Below, piece after piece: positions 25,393 to 35,964 of a stretch of 64,000 nucleotides of DNA. The DNA lies in IMG/VR virus record IMGVR_UViG_3300048032_000927, positions 1 to 64,000 of that record; one strand, 5' to 3'. Position numbers and translations under genes: made by a program. The stretch is from a virus. Below the pieces are notes generated by a model, which was not told the origin of the DNA, did no database searches, and worked only from the letters and a program-made list of their open reading frames with translations. Each line of letters begins with the position of its first letter. The first letter of the stretch is position 1.

Positions 25393-26597
25393 AGAAGCCT
25401 TTTTTTAGATATGAAGACGTGCCACTAATATTGGCTCGGGGGGATGAAAGAGCTGCTGCAATCTTTGCGAACAGCGCGAGTATATCTGTAGATCAATCAT
25501 TATCGGTGAAGAAAACTGTTGATGATTATAATATATCTTTCGCTTTGCAAACTGGGGATGTGTATTTTCCAGAGGCTCAAGAATCGGGATTCCTTATGGG
25601 GCCTGTTGATGGGCCGGCAATAAAAGCTCAAGAATCAATAGAGGTAATAAAAAGTGGCTCAAGAATATCATACCCAAATGGAGCTTCTTTGTATTTAACC
25701 GAAGATCTATTACCTGGAGATTATTATGTTAATGTTCGCTCTACCGGCGAAACTTTATTAAGGAAAGATGAAGACGTTCCATATGGAGAAGTTGAGGTTT
25801 TAAGAAATTATGCGGCAAATGATATAGCAAGAGGGACACTAAACATCAGTTACTACATGAACACGGGAAATCTAGAATCTTTTTCTGATGTAACTGGATT
25901 GATGGATTTGCAAAGCTATCCACATACTGATGAAGGAAAGATAACAGGCTCCTTGGGAGATTATATGTTTTATGACGCATATATTAAAGAAGTTAGCTTT
26001 TCGGCGCAACCTTTTCAGCCAATTCAAACAAATGTAACTCTTGACATATACGGGGCACTTGATGTAAAGGAGGGCCTTTCCGAAGAAATTATAGAGAATT
26101 ATGGATGTTATGGGTATATTCTTCCTCCACAAAAAAATATACCACATGCAATGAATACTAAAATAGTTGGGTCAGAATCTGCAGGGATGAAGTATCCACT
26201 TAGTTTTAGTTATAAAATAACTGCAGAACGAAAACCTGAGGTATATTTACCCATAAGTGGCAGATATGATACTGGAGGAGAAATTCCAGATAGAGTCACA
26301 AAAGAAGATATAGAGGTCGTTATAGAACTTGCAGGAGAGAGACTCGATCCGCATTTAAAACTTGACGGTCAAAGAGCTGATGTATCAATAAAATTATCAG
26401 ATTTAGGTTTTGATCCAGAATATACGGATAATAACGCTGGGTCAATGAAGGAATTTAAATTATTAAGAGATCCAAACGATAGGCAACCATACGCAACACC
26501 TTATCAAGCTTATGGTGTCATCGAATCAAATAAATTAACAATATCTGATCAAGGCTATCTACAGGGATCTGTGACAATAAGGCAATCTTATAGATAA
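25389..26597 (+). CDS. Tail protein, probably distant tube-fold paralogue
   Basis: 402 aa with ATGA coupling. GTLNISYY and FYDAYIKEVSFSAQPFQPIQTNVTL resemble tube strands. Confidence 0.45.
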   Translation: MKKPFFRYEDVPLILARGDERAAAIFANSASISVDQSLSVKKTVDDYNISFALQTGDVYFPEAQESGFLMGPVDGPAIKAQESIEVIKSGSRISYPNGASLYLTEDLLPGDYYVNVRSTGETLLRKDEDVPYGEVEVLRNYAANDIARGTLNISYYMNTGNLESFSDVTGLMDLQSYPHTDEGKITGSLGDYMFYDAYIKEVSFSAQPFQPIQTNVTLDIYGALDVKEGLSEEIIENYGCYGYILPPQKNIPHAMNTKIVGSESAGMKYPLSFSYKITAERKPEVYLPISGRYDTGGEIPDRVTKEDIEVVIELAGERLDPHLKLDGQRADVSIKLSDLGFDPEYTDNNAGSMKEFKLLRDPNDRQPYATPYQAYGVIESNKLTISDQGYLQGSVTIRQSYR

Positions 26598-29500
26598 TGG
26601 ACATATCAGCAAAAGACTGGCAGACGGGAATATCGTATAAAAAAGACGATATCGTAAGGATAGATAATCTCTCCACGCCAAACTATGTTGATATAAATGC
26701 TGAGCGAGCAATAGGAGAAATCTTATTAAATCTTACTGATGATCAGGAAAATTTCTTACAAACAGACGCAAATGAATTTATTGGTGTTGATGTAGGAGAT
26801 TTATACAAAGGAGATGTTTCGCCGCAAGTTTTAATTAGCTCAAGCAAAGAAACGAAATACGGATTTTTATTTAAAGTTGATCCAAGTATTGGGTATTCAG
26901 CCCAAGCAATGATAAAAAAGAATACAGAGGAATCTGATTTAAATGATGCTTATACAACTTATTTATTTACCGAAGAGGGGCAAATTAATAAAGAAACTTC
27001 AATTGGTGTTGGAGTAGGAATAAAATTTTACGATAAAAGTTTGAACGGCTTATCGGTGGCTGATGAAAGAAAAACAAATCGAGCAATGGCTTCATCTGAG
27101 CTTAATCATCTCGAATGGTATAACGCTCAACTCGATATAGCCTCAGAAGATATTCCTCAGCAAGCTGCTTATGGTATAGCTTTTGTTTTTGTATATGGAC
27201 ACAAGTCTGGCGGTTTTGATTTTAAACAAATTAAAGCATCTCCACTTAGTCAATATTTTTATTGCACAGAAGATAATATTTCATCTTTAGATTCAGTACC
27301 TCCTCAAAGTGGATATTGGACTCAAGAGTTTCATTGGCGTCCTTCGTATAATACGCGGGCTGCGTTTTCAGCAATCAACGAGTACATGAAACTTGGTGAC
27401 GGAAACGACTATATTACTAATAGTAGTATCAATTCTTTGCCTCTTGAATTAAGTTTAAATTTTAATAATAGAACGGATAAGCAATCTAAGGCTATTATAC
27501 ATTTTTTACAAGAAAAGCATTTTCCTTATGATTCTATATTTTCACTTAGTTATAATGCTAACAAGTTGTTGTCTGAGGAGACTGGTTCATTTAGATTCAA
27601 ATATACTTATCCATACAGAAAAGATTTAAAGTTTACTTGTACTAATTTTTCGCATAATATTGCGTCCAGAAACAATAATAATATCGCAGCAACATTCGTT
27701 TGCAACACTGAGAGTACATTAAAAAGTGTTGATAGTCACGAAGGGTTCAATATGCGAACAGATGCATTATTGCCTGTTTACATCGACCAAGATACTGAAT
27801 TTAAAAAAGGAGAAAAAATAACACTAAACACTTTCTCTCTTGAAGAGCCTGCGGCATCTGAGCTTGAGGGTGCATTAAGCATCGAAGGATCTGACTTTGA
27901 GAATGGCGTACCCAGGTCAGCTATTGTTAAGTTTACTGAAGCGCAAAATTTAGATACTCAAGATTGTGTTTACATTACTGCCCCCGAAAATTCTATATAC
28001 AACGTAGGCAAAGTAAAGGTTACCGAGGTAACCAGTGATACTGAATTTAAAGTTGGCCCAATACTGGAAGAAGGTGATACTGAAAAAGTTCAAAATTACC
28101 AGCAGATACAATATTTGTTTATCAAGCAGTTAGATAGATGTCCTGAGGACTGCTTAAACTCAAGGCCTTTATTTCCTGATGGGGCCTCAATTATTAATCC
28201 TGAAATTATAGATCCACAATCAGGTGAAGCTAGAAAAAGAATCGTATTCTTAAAGAATTACCGCCGACTCATATTAGAGTCTCCGATTACTCAGTCAACT
28301 TCGTCGGTAACATTTACCCCTGTAGAGAATTTTACTCTTCGCGCCGAAGAAGATTTCAAGCTTATTATTCCTGCAGTTACAGGGCGTAGTAGTATATATA
28401 TTGAAGACCCCGAAGGTATTCCTAAATATCCATGGTTGAAGGTTCGCGCTTTCGAGCATAAGCCGTCTTTTGCGTTTAGTGTCAATCAGGCTCCAGAGCA
28501 TATAAGTACAGATTTTCTGGATAGCTATGTAAAGAAATATAAAAAAGGGATAAATCAAAATTTGTTTACTTTGAATCTTGTGTTTGATCTAAAGACTGAC
28601 AGGGAAGCTGCTGAGATATTACAATTTCTAGAAAGTCACTTAGGTTACAAAAAATTTAGGTATGATCTACCAAGGCCATATATCAAAGACCTTGACTATA
28701 TAACAACTCCTAATAGACAACTCAATTCAATTTTTTACTGTCCAGCTTGGGAGCATACAGTTGTTTATAAAAACAACCACACTATTACGGCTACATTTGT
28801 AGAATCCGTCACCTCTCATCCTGAAGACCTTAGGGATGTTTACGGTTTATACGGAAGAGATGAAGAAGGTCCTTGTTTTGCAGCTAAATTAGCAAATCCA
28901 ATTACAGAGCATTATTTATGTACATTTTCCTCAAACTTACAAATGGCGGAAGGGTCAGGATTTAGCTTGGACGCTGACGGCAACAAACGTTTAGGGGCAA
29001 AAAATAAAGCAGTAGATTTAGTGTTTATCGTTGATATGACTGGTAGTATGCAGTCCACTTTGACCACAGGCGGAACTACTGTGACGAAACAACAAGCCGC
29101 TATTGACACTATACTCAAAATGATAGTCGCTCATGATGATTATGTAATGCCCGGGACTTATAGTTACGGCGGAGAGTTTGAGGCTCCAGCGATTTCTTTT
29201 CAAGATATTTCGGGCGATTCCAATGTTCCGCCCTGGCCCGTTGATGCAAGTCAAAAAAGTTTGATTGATATTAATGCTGGCGATGTAAATAGTAATCTCA
29301 AAGAAAAAGGTTATCGAGTAAACAATCTAGAGAGATTTAAAATCAAAGTAGACCAGAAAAGAGTGAATATTGGTTTCATCTTGATGGCTGACCAATCACA
29401 AACAGTGATCGATTTAAGTGAGATCCCCGATGCTTTTGATAAAGATATTGTTTACGATTCGGTTATTAAAGTCAAGGATAATAGGATACCTTACGGAGAT

Positions 29501-31807
29501 GGAGAGTATTTTTCAAAAGTAATAAGTAAAGCACTTGCTCAGATGTACAATACTCCAAGGGCTGAATATGTTACTGATAGAATCATTATTATTCTAAGTG
29601 ACGGAGAAACTTATACTGGGGATACCAGCGGGGGTCGTGGCAGTAAATACAGCCCCTCTGCCTTGCAAATGTGTGCAGCTCTAAGAAAAAATGGCGCACT
29701 TGCAAAAAGAAGACCAACTGATAGTGTTTTGGGCCAGTATGGACATGGAGGAAATACTCCGGCCTCAAAAATGCAAGAGTATCAATATCAAGAAAAAGAT
29801 GGTAAATCCAGGTTGATAAATCCAGATTTAGGCAGCTCTAATCCATCGTGGTATTCAGAAGACTTACCTACTATTGTTATGTTTGCGGGAATTGGCTCAC
29901 CTAGTTCTGGTGTTTCTAGCTTGGCAAAAAATTATGTTTACGACTACGATGGTGCTTCTCCGTATACAGCGGCACCAACAAAGACTCCTCAGTTTTATTT
30001 TCCGATCACCGATGGAGGTGTTCAATCGAAAGAATTAGAAAGATTGATGGATTTAATCAAGACTGTAGAAATCTTGACTAGCGATTCTGGGTTCAACAAT
30101 TTATTCTCATTAACCCTGCACAATTGCGGGCCGCATGAAGTAGAGATACTGAATACTCTTATAAATATAAAATCACAAGCAGGACCGCTACAATGGACTA
30201 CAGAACTTTTGCGCCAAGGAATACCAAAGGGCGGTGACATAAAAGAGCTAGAGTTATTGGAATCTAGTGAAACCTCTAGTAATGTTACAAGGGGTAAGGG
30301 CGGTCAATATTATAATGACCCAAATAATCAAAGTTTGTTTCAAGAAGCGGGAGGTGGGTCAAATATATTGTGGGAATCTTTCAACACAAAATACGAAGTA
30401 TACAGACAAGGAAAAATACACGAGATTGATGGTGGCTGGAATCCGTTGAAGGAGAGTTTTAGCCTGATTACTGATAGTGGTGAAAATCTTGTGTTAGATT
30501 CAGGTGAGGAAATAATAACCGATCCTGAAGCCGCCGGCCCAATAAAAACCAGAGGAGTATTAAATACGGGAGTTGCATTCAAAGGCATGCCTGTCAGAGT
30601 TTTTAGAGCAGAATCGGGGTTAGAAATAGTTGATTATAACATAGGTAACGTAAATCAGTCAAATAATTTCAAGGGTGATTATTCTCATTTGCCAAAATTA
30701 AAACCAAATGAATCACTAGATTTATTCTTCGGTCTTCGAGTTGGTAGGCTTAGTGACATCAGTGAAGAGGTTCAGTTTGTGGTACATACAGACGACGGAA
30801 CTCTCAATAAAACAGATTGCTATGGAAATATAAACTTCAACATAGGATCAACAAAGAAACTAGAGTATCAAAAACCGACTCAGGAGCCATTAAAAAGAAT
30901 AGTTAGTGATTTGGTTCATTTTAGTGATGGAGCTATAGGGGCAGCAATGTCCATGGCTCCAGAGCTAGAAATAAAGCAATTAACAACCAATGGGAGTGTT
31001 GGTAGATATTATAGTGCCTCCGGAAGAAGTAGATCTGGTAATGTATTTAGAGTTACTCAAAAGAATCCAATAACATCAAGAGCAATAGATGTCTCTATAG
31101 GAAAACAAAGAAATGCTCCCGCACAAGCGACATCGTATCCCTCGGGATTTCCTGTAAACTCTACTTTATTGGCTGATGGTTTTGTTATAGCTAATTCCGA
31201 AAAACAAATAATTGACCTATATAAAAAAGAAGGTATAGGAATAAGTTTAAAGGACACTGATGGTGGAGCTGAGTTTAGTTATAGGTCATCAGAGTATTCA
31301 AGATACTTCATGATGAAAGACAGTGATTATATAGCAGCTAGATTCGTAAAGAAATTGAACCGATGGGGTTATGGGGCTATCAATCTTAAAGCAAATAAAA
31401 TACCAACAGGCCCTTCGCTTAAATCAGGCTATTCCCCGGAAGAAGCAGAAAAAGGGTTTATGCCTGAAGATGTATCTAATATGTTGGGTAGCGGAGAATA
31501 TAAAAGCGCAACATCAAGTTTAAAAAATGTAACAGAAACTCTTGACTCGATACTAATTAAGGAAGATGCATTATTAACGATGTATGACCAACCTGATTTC
31601 GCTGGTAATGTAGTTCTTAAAGAAACGGGTCCGTTATTAGTTTATTCTAAAAACGCATCAGAGTACATTAATTCAATTGATACTGAAGCTTTAAAAGACA
31701 CAGGTATAGTAGATGAAAACGGAAATCTTATTAGGTCTAAGATTAAATCAGTAGATAATCTTAATGCATACCTTAACGGATCATTCAAAATAGAATACAT
31801 ACGATGA
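26597..31807 (+). CDS. Large tail protein: two lambda gpM-like distal-tail domains, VWA domain, C-terminal beta/gamma-crystallin-like module
   Basis: gpM-like segments LSLNFNNRTDKQSKAIIHFL...NNIAATF and LNLVFDLKTDREAAEILQFLESHLGYKKF...HTITATFVES. VWA MIDAS DLVFIVDMTGSM...IIIILSDG. C-terminal SILIKEDALLTMYDQPDFAG...SFKIE. Confidence 0.7.
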   Translation: MDISAKDWQTGISYKKDDIVRIDNLSTPNYVDINAERAIGEILLNLTDDQENFLQTDANEFIGVDVGDLYKGDVSPQVLISSSKETKYGFLFKVDPSIGYSAQAMIKKNTEESDLNDAYTTYLFTEEGQINKETSIGVGVGIKFYDKSLNGLSVADERKTNRAMASSELNHLEWYNAQLDIASEDIPQQAAYGIAFVFVYGHKSGGFDFKQIKASPLSQYFYCTEDNISSLDSVPPQSGYWTQEFHWRPSYNTRAAFSAINEYMKLGDGNDYITNSSINSLPLELSLNFNNRTDKQSKAIIHFLQEKHFPYDSIFSLSYNANKLLSEETGSFRFKYTYPYRKDLKFTCTNFSHNIASRNNNNIAATFVCNTESTLKSVDSHEGFNMRTDALLPVYIDQDTEFKKGEKITLNTFSLEEPAASELEGALSIEGSDFENGVPRSAIVKFTEAQNLDTQDCVYITAPENSIYNVGKVKVTEVTSDTEFKVGPILEEGDTEKVQNYQQIQYLFIKQLDRCPEDCLNSRPLFPDGASIINPEIIDPQSGEARKRIVFLKNYRRLILESPITQSTSSVTFTPVENFTLRAEEDFKLIIPAVTGRSSIYIEDPEGIPKYPWLKVRAFEHKPSFAFSVNQAPEHISTDFLDSYVKKYKKGINQNLFTLNLVFDLKTDREAAEILQFLESHLGYKKFRYDLPRPYIKDLDYITTPNRQLNSIFYCPAWEHTVVYKNNHTITATFVESVTSHPEDLRDVYGLYGRDEEGPCFAAKLANPITEHYLCTFSSNLQMAEGSGFSLDADGNKRLGAKNKAVDLVFIVDMTGSMQSTLTTGGTTVTKQQAAIDTILKMIVAHDDYVMPGTYSYGGEFEAPAISFQDISGDSNVPPWPVDASQKSLIDINAGDVNSNLKEKGYRVNNLERFKIKVDQKRVNIGFILMADQSQTVIDLSEIPDAFDKDIVYDSVIKVKDNRIPYGDGEYFSKVISKALAQMYNTPRAEYVTDRIIIILSDGETYTGDTSGGRGSKYSPSALQMCAALRKNGALAKRRPTDSVLGQYGHGGNTPASKMQEYQYQEKDGKSRLINPDLGSSNPSWYSEDLPTIVMFAGIGSPSSGVSSLAKNYVYDYDGASPYTAAPTKTPQFYFPITDGGVQSKELERLMDLIKTVEILTSDSGFNNLFSLTLHNCGPHEVEILNTLINIKSQAGPLQWTTELLRQGIPKGGDIKELELLESSETSSNVTRGKGGQYYNDPNNQSLFQEAGGGSNILWESFNTKYEVYRQGKIHEIDGGWNPLKESFSLITDSGENLVLDSGEEIITDPEAAGPIKTRGVLNTGVAFKGMPVRVFRAESGLEIVDYNIGNVNQSNNFKGDYSHLPKLKPNESLDLFFGLRVGRLSDISEEVQFVVHTDDGTLNKTDCYGNINFNIGSTKKLEYQKPTQEPLKRIVSDLVHFSDGAIGAAMSMAPELEIKQLTTNGSVGRYYSASGRSRSGNVFRVTQKNPITSRAIDVSIGKQRNAPAQATSYPSGFPVNSTLLADGFVIANSEKQIIDLYKKEGIGISLKDTDGGAEFSYRSSEYSRYFMMKDSDYIAARFVKKLNRWGYGAINLKANKIPTGPSLKSGYSPEEAEKGFMPEDVSNMLGSGEYKSATSSLKNVTETLDSILIKEDALLTMYDQPDFAGNVVLKETGPLLVYSKNASEYINSIDTEALKDTGIVDENGNLIRSKIKSVDNLNAYLNGSFKIEYIR

Positions 31808-33393
31808 GCTTTATAACAGAAGAGTCAGGTATATGTCTTGGTCACAGTGGCGAAGTTGCGTATCCTTTTTGCGGCGAACTTGTAAGAGAGGGAGAATTAA
31901 AATATATCCTAGAAGAAGGCGGCAAAGTATTATTAACTGATACTCCATGTGGTGGCCCGATACCTGAATTTGATTGTAATTTTGACAGAAAAGTTGTTGA
32001 CACTGGAAAGTTCATCACTTTAACGAATGTCTGTACGTTACCTATTACAGTGACAGGTTTCACTATGTCTGATCCAGCTAGATTTTCCTTGTTTGAATAT
32101 CCACTACATAAGGGAACGCAAATTTATACCTCAGGAAATACCGCCGACCTTCCTTTTACTTTACAGCCAAATGAATTTAAAAGAATAAACACATATTTTC
32201 ATCCTCTTATATCAGAGTTAACGAATGGAACGCCCGGAACTTTTGATAATCGAGTCGGCGATTCTTTTGAATCAAGGGTAGAAATTTATCCAGGATTCCC
32301 TATACAAAATTGTACAAATGATCCAAATAGCTGTGACGCATACTTTACTTTAAGTGGAGAGTTTGTGTGCGAAGAGCCTGACAAAGATTGGATGTATAAT
32401 AATGAGAATTTTATAACCCCGAACTTATCTGATTTAGGTGGGATAGATGCTGATTATTGCATACCAATCACAGATCCAATAGAAATGGTTAAGGATGGCG
32501 GGCTTCATATTGAAAATACATTTTCGGGGCTAAGAGATACAGCTATTGCTTACGGAAAAGTACTGGATGATGGTGGCAGGCTTCACGAGAAATATCAAGA
32601 TATCGGAATGGCTGGATCGCTTGCAGGTTTCGGGGCAATATGCCAAGGCTTGATTGACTCCAATAACCATAACAATATAAATAATTTGTTTGGGGCTACA
32701 TTAACCAACCATTCATATACCTATAATGATGGCGAGAATGAATACCCGCTAAATATTAGCTATACTCCAAATAATACAGCAGTTAAGTCGTTTAATGATA
32801 TACCTCATACAGGGATGCTCTTTAATGTGTTTTCAGAAGACCCATCAAGGGAAACTTATTACAGTACGGTATTTATAAATGTCGGCGCAAAAGATGCACA
32901 AAGACAATTAAATAGAATGTTTACTGCGCAAAAAGGAGAGTATACTTTGGAAGATTTCTGTACTCCAGAAAAGTTTGAGAATAAAAATATTTCAACTGAT
33001 TTAGTTTATATTAGTGATGGATTTATAGGTCATGCAGAGGCGTGGCTACCCTCAGTAGCTGCAATATTCAATAAAGGAGTATATACTAAAGAGGATATAG
33101 AGCCAGAAGTCAGTAGGGACTTTGAATCAATATTGATACGGGAAAATGTAAAACTGACAATGTATTCAAAAGAAAACTTAAGCGGAGATGTACTACTAGA
33201 AAAGGAAGGTCCAGTCATATTCTATATAGCAGGGCGTTTCAACGCGGATGATATAAGCGAACAAATCTTAATTGATCAAGGTTTAACCGAGGGGCTTCTC
33301 GATAATGATGGTTTATTTATAGACAGTAAGTTGGAGTTTTTTGACTGGAATCGTTCGCAATTAAATTCTTTCAAAATAGAATATTTAGGATGA
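31804..33393 (+). CDS. Tail-associated protein with Ig-like N-terminal domain and crystallin-like C-terminal module
   Basis: ITLTNVCTLPITVTGF...LPFTLQPNE (Ig/ASH-like). C-terminus SILIRENVKLTMYSKENLSG...SFKIEYL is paralogous to that of the upstream gene. Confidence 0.55.
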   Translation: MSFITEESGICLGHSGEVAYPFCGELVREGELKYILEEGGKVLLTDTPCGGPIPEFDCNFDRKVVDTGKFITLTNVCTLPITVTGFTMSDPARFSLFEYPLHKGTQIYTSGNTADLPFTLQPNEFKRINTYFHPLISELTNGTPGTFDNRVGDSFESRVEIYPGFPIQNCTNDPNSCDAYFTLSGEFVCEEPDKDWMYNNENFITPNLSDLGGIDADYCIPITDPIEMVKDGGLHIENTFSGLRDTAIAYGKVLDDGGRLHEKYQDIGMAGSLAGFGAICQGLIDSNNHNNINNLFGATLTNHSYTYNDGENEYPLNISYTPNNTAVKSFNDIPHTGMLFNVFSEDPSRETYYSTVFINVGAKDAQRQLNRMFTAQKGEYTLEDFCTPEKFENKNISTDLVYISDGFIGHAEAWLPSVAAIFNKGVYTKEDIEPEVSRDFESILIRENVKLTMYSKENLSGDVLLEKEGPVIFYIAGRFNADDISEQILIDQGLTEGLLDNDGLFIDSKLEFFDWNRSQLNSFKIEYLG

Positions 33394-34940
33394 TAAACAT
33401 TTATAATATATCTTCTGGTGATTCAGATTCTAATAATGATTACATTAATATTCATGCGTCTATGGATGCGTCAGAAACTTCTTTTGTAAGTGTTTATAAT
33501 GTGGATGGAACTGGTGTCATTCAATATAATACAAGGTCTGATTATTTATGGAAAGTAGAAAGAAAAAAATACTTTTCGGAAAGTAATGTAAATTTAAAGT
33601 CATCTCAATCTAGTAAATTAGGATATCCTGAATATTTTTCATGGGCTCCTGGTGGTAATATTTCGGTACTATCCAATGATGAAAGAATTGAAAATAACGA
33701 ATATTTACCTTTAACGCAAAAAAATGATATATCTGACGCTGATATTGAAAAGTCCAATATATTAGTGTTGTCTGATTATTATGATGATCCTTGGGTGCCA
33801 AGCGGCGCAGTTGTTGTAGATCAGGTTTATTCAACTAAAATCGGCGCTGATAGTTCTGTGGGTGATCCGCCTTTTGTTAGTTTGACTACTGGAGAATCGA
33901 CTCAACCGGTATCAGGGTTTATGGATACACTACAGCCTATACTTGGACTTAGTGAAGCTGAAAAAGAGGCGGTTAAACAAAACACTAAACAAATTTGTAA
34001 ATTTCAATTAAGTTCCTCTAGTTTAGAAGGCTCTGTATTCTCTTTTAATATTGTTAAAAATTTTCTTGGCAATGATTATTTTGGAGTTGGTAGTGAGAAC
34101 TTGCCGATTCAGTTTGGTAGAATAAAACTAAACAAAACCGACAATCTATCTACTCTAAGAGAATGGAACAGTATCTTTACTATCAATGACGATTGTAATG
34201 TTGACTCAATCTTCAGAGACGGAACAAATAGAGATACGGTGTTTTACTCAGAGCTCGAACAATACATAAATGATAACTGGTCAGGCAGATTAAAGGATCA
34301 TCTTTGGGGTAAATACATTAATGACGAAACATGCCCTTTAAGCACGAGAGATCCAAGCAAATTAAAGAGACACATATTGTATTGTTATTATTATTTTGGC
34401 GTTTCTGATGATATTTACAATTTAGCATTAAAAGCTTATCCTGATTACAAAGCTCAGGTCGGTATTCAAACAGTTATGCGTTGGCACATAGGACTTGGTG
34501 GAAAAAGTAAGTATTCGAAAAACAGAAGATTTATTACGGAAGAGTATTCTTATTTGCCCGCAATATCTGAATATAAAACTGTAAGCAAAGTTATGGGCTT
34601 GCCGCCCCGAACATTATACATTTATAGTGTTGCAAATAACCGAAATATCGCTAACGTAATAGGAGATGCGCCTGTAGAAGTACAAACCGTTGACCTTGAT
34701 TTTGAGGCATTACTGCAAGCCAGATCTATGTTATGGTGGGAGGGCGTTGATTCTTATTTACAAATGCGGGAGCAATCACTCGAGACATCCTTTCCATCTG
34801 TGGAATTATTTGAAGAAGTTGATGATAATAACTATATGCCAAGAGAGTCTAGTTTTGAATCAGATGCAGGTAACAAGCAATATTTCGAGCCAACAGGAAG
34901 CGATATTACAATAACCGAAGATACTGAAATCTATGATTAA
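33390..34940 (+). CDS. Hypothetical tail-region protein
   Basis: 516-aa ORF overlapping its neighbours on both sides. No motif recognised. Confidence 0.6.
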   Translation: MINIYNISSGDSDSNNDYINIHASMDASETSFVSVYNVDGTGVIQYNTRSDYLWKVERKKYFSESNVNLKSSQSSKLGYPEYFSWAPGGNISVLSNDERIENNEYLPLTQKNDISDADIEKSNILVLSDYYDDPWVPSGAVVVDQVYSTKIGADSSVGDPPFVSLTTGESTQPVSGFMDTLQPILGLSEAEKEAVKQNTKQICKFQLSSSSLEGSVFSFNIVKNFLGNDYFGVGSENLPIQFGRIKLNKTDNLSTLREWNSIFTINDDCNVDSIFRDGTNRDTVFYSELEQYINDNWSGRLKDHLWGKYINDETCPLSTRDPSKLKRHILYCYYYFGVSDDIYNLALKAYPDYKAQVGIQTVMRWHIGLGGKSKYSKNRRFITEEYSYLPAISEYKTVSKVMGLPPRTLYIYSVANNRNIANVIGDAPVEVQTVDLDFEALLQARSMLWWEGVDSYLQMREQSLETSFPSVELFEEVDDNNYMPRESSFESDAGNKQYFEPTGSDITITEDTEIYD

Positions 34941-35964
34941 AAAAGAACATGTGCAAACTCTTTTTGAGCTGGACCCTTCGGCTATAATATCTTTGTACCA
35001 GATAGATCTAAAGGAAAAAGGAAAGTATTTGTTTCATGCTGGAGAAAATGGATATAAAAATAAAATAATATTTAACTCTCAAGCTTACGATTTTTTTCCT
35101 ATTCAAGCGGAAGGCTTCGAGATTAAAGGCGATGGCAGGCTTCCTAGGCCAACACTCACATTATCTAATCATGGCGGAGTGATATCAATGCGCTTGAATT
35201 ATTTCAAAGACTTTATTAATTACAAGGTTACAAGAATCAAAACGTTTGTTAAATATTTAGACAACGCAAACTTTCCGAACAATTTAAACCCACACTCAGA
35301 GCCGGATCCTGATGCAGCATTCGAGCAGGATGTTTTCTTTATTAATCAGAAGACCAAAGAAGATGATAACATTGTAGAGTTTGAGTTGGTTTCATTATTG
35401 GAGTTACAAAACGCAAACACTCCAAATAGAACAGTATATTCAAACCACTGCCCCTGGCAATATAGGGGTGACATAGGATGCGGGTACAAAGGAAAGCCTA
35501 TAGCTGACGAAAAAAATGTAAGATTTGTTCCCAGTGGCTACAATGGAGCAATGGTTGGTGAAGAAGTTTACTTTGGCTCTGAATTTGGATCAACAGAATT
35601 TGCACCTTTGAACTCTAATGAATCTTATAATGATTGGAATGTAAATTCTACATACAATAAAGGAGACGTTGTTAAGATTGTACCATTCGATTACGATTCA
35701 TCTTTAAATCCAGTCGCAATTTACGTATGCATCAAAGACGCAGTAAAGTCAAACCCTATATTTGATAGAGAAAGTTGGCGGCTAGATGAATGTGACAGAA
35801 CTTTATGTGGTTGCAGGCTTAGATTTTCAGATCCAGCCACAGGCGCAGGAGGAGGATTGCGTATATCTGATAACGCAAATAGCCAAGATGCTTTTTGGAC
35901 AGAATCAGAAGAGGGTTTACCGTTTGGAGGATTTCCTGGAGTTGATCCTTATGACTTCAAGTAA
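34933..35964 (+). CDS. Lambda gpL-like minor tail (tail tip) protein, Fe-S binding
   Basis: PIQAEGFE...GRLPRPTLTLSN, KVTRIKTFVKYLD, CPWQYRGDIGCGY, CDRTLCGCRLRF and LPFGGFPG are hallmark gpL motifs with the conserved cysteines. Confidence 0.9.
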   Translation: MIKKEHVQTLFELDPSAIISLYQIDLKEKGKYLFHAGENGYKNKIIFNSQAYDFFPIQAEGFEIKGDGRLPRPTLTLSNHGGVISMRLNYFKDFINYKVTRIKTFVKYLDNANFPNNLNPHSEPDPDAAFEQDVFFINQKTKEDDNIVEFELVSLLELQNANTPNRTVYSNHCPWQYRGDIGCGYKGKPIADEKNVRFVPSGYNGAMVGEEVYFGSEFGSTEFAPLNSNESYNDWNVNSTYNKGDVVKIVPFDYDSSLNPVAIYVCIKDAVKSNPIFDRESWRLDECDRTLCGCRLRFSDPATGAGGGLRISDNANSQDAFWTESEEGLPFGGFPGVDPYDFK

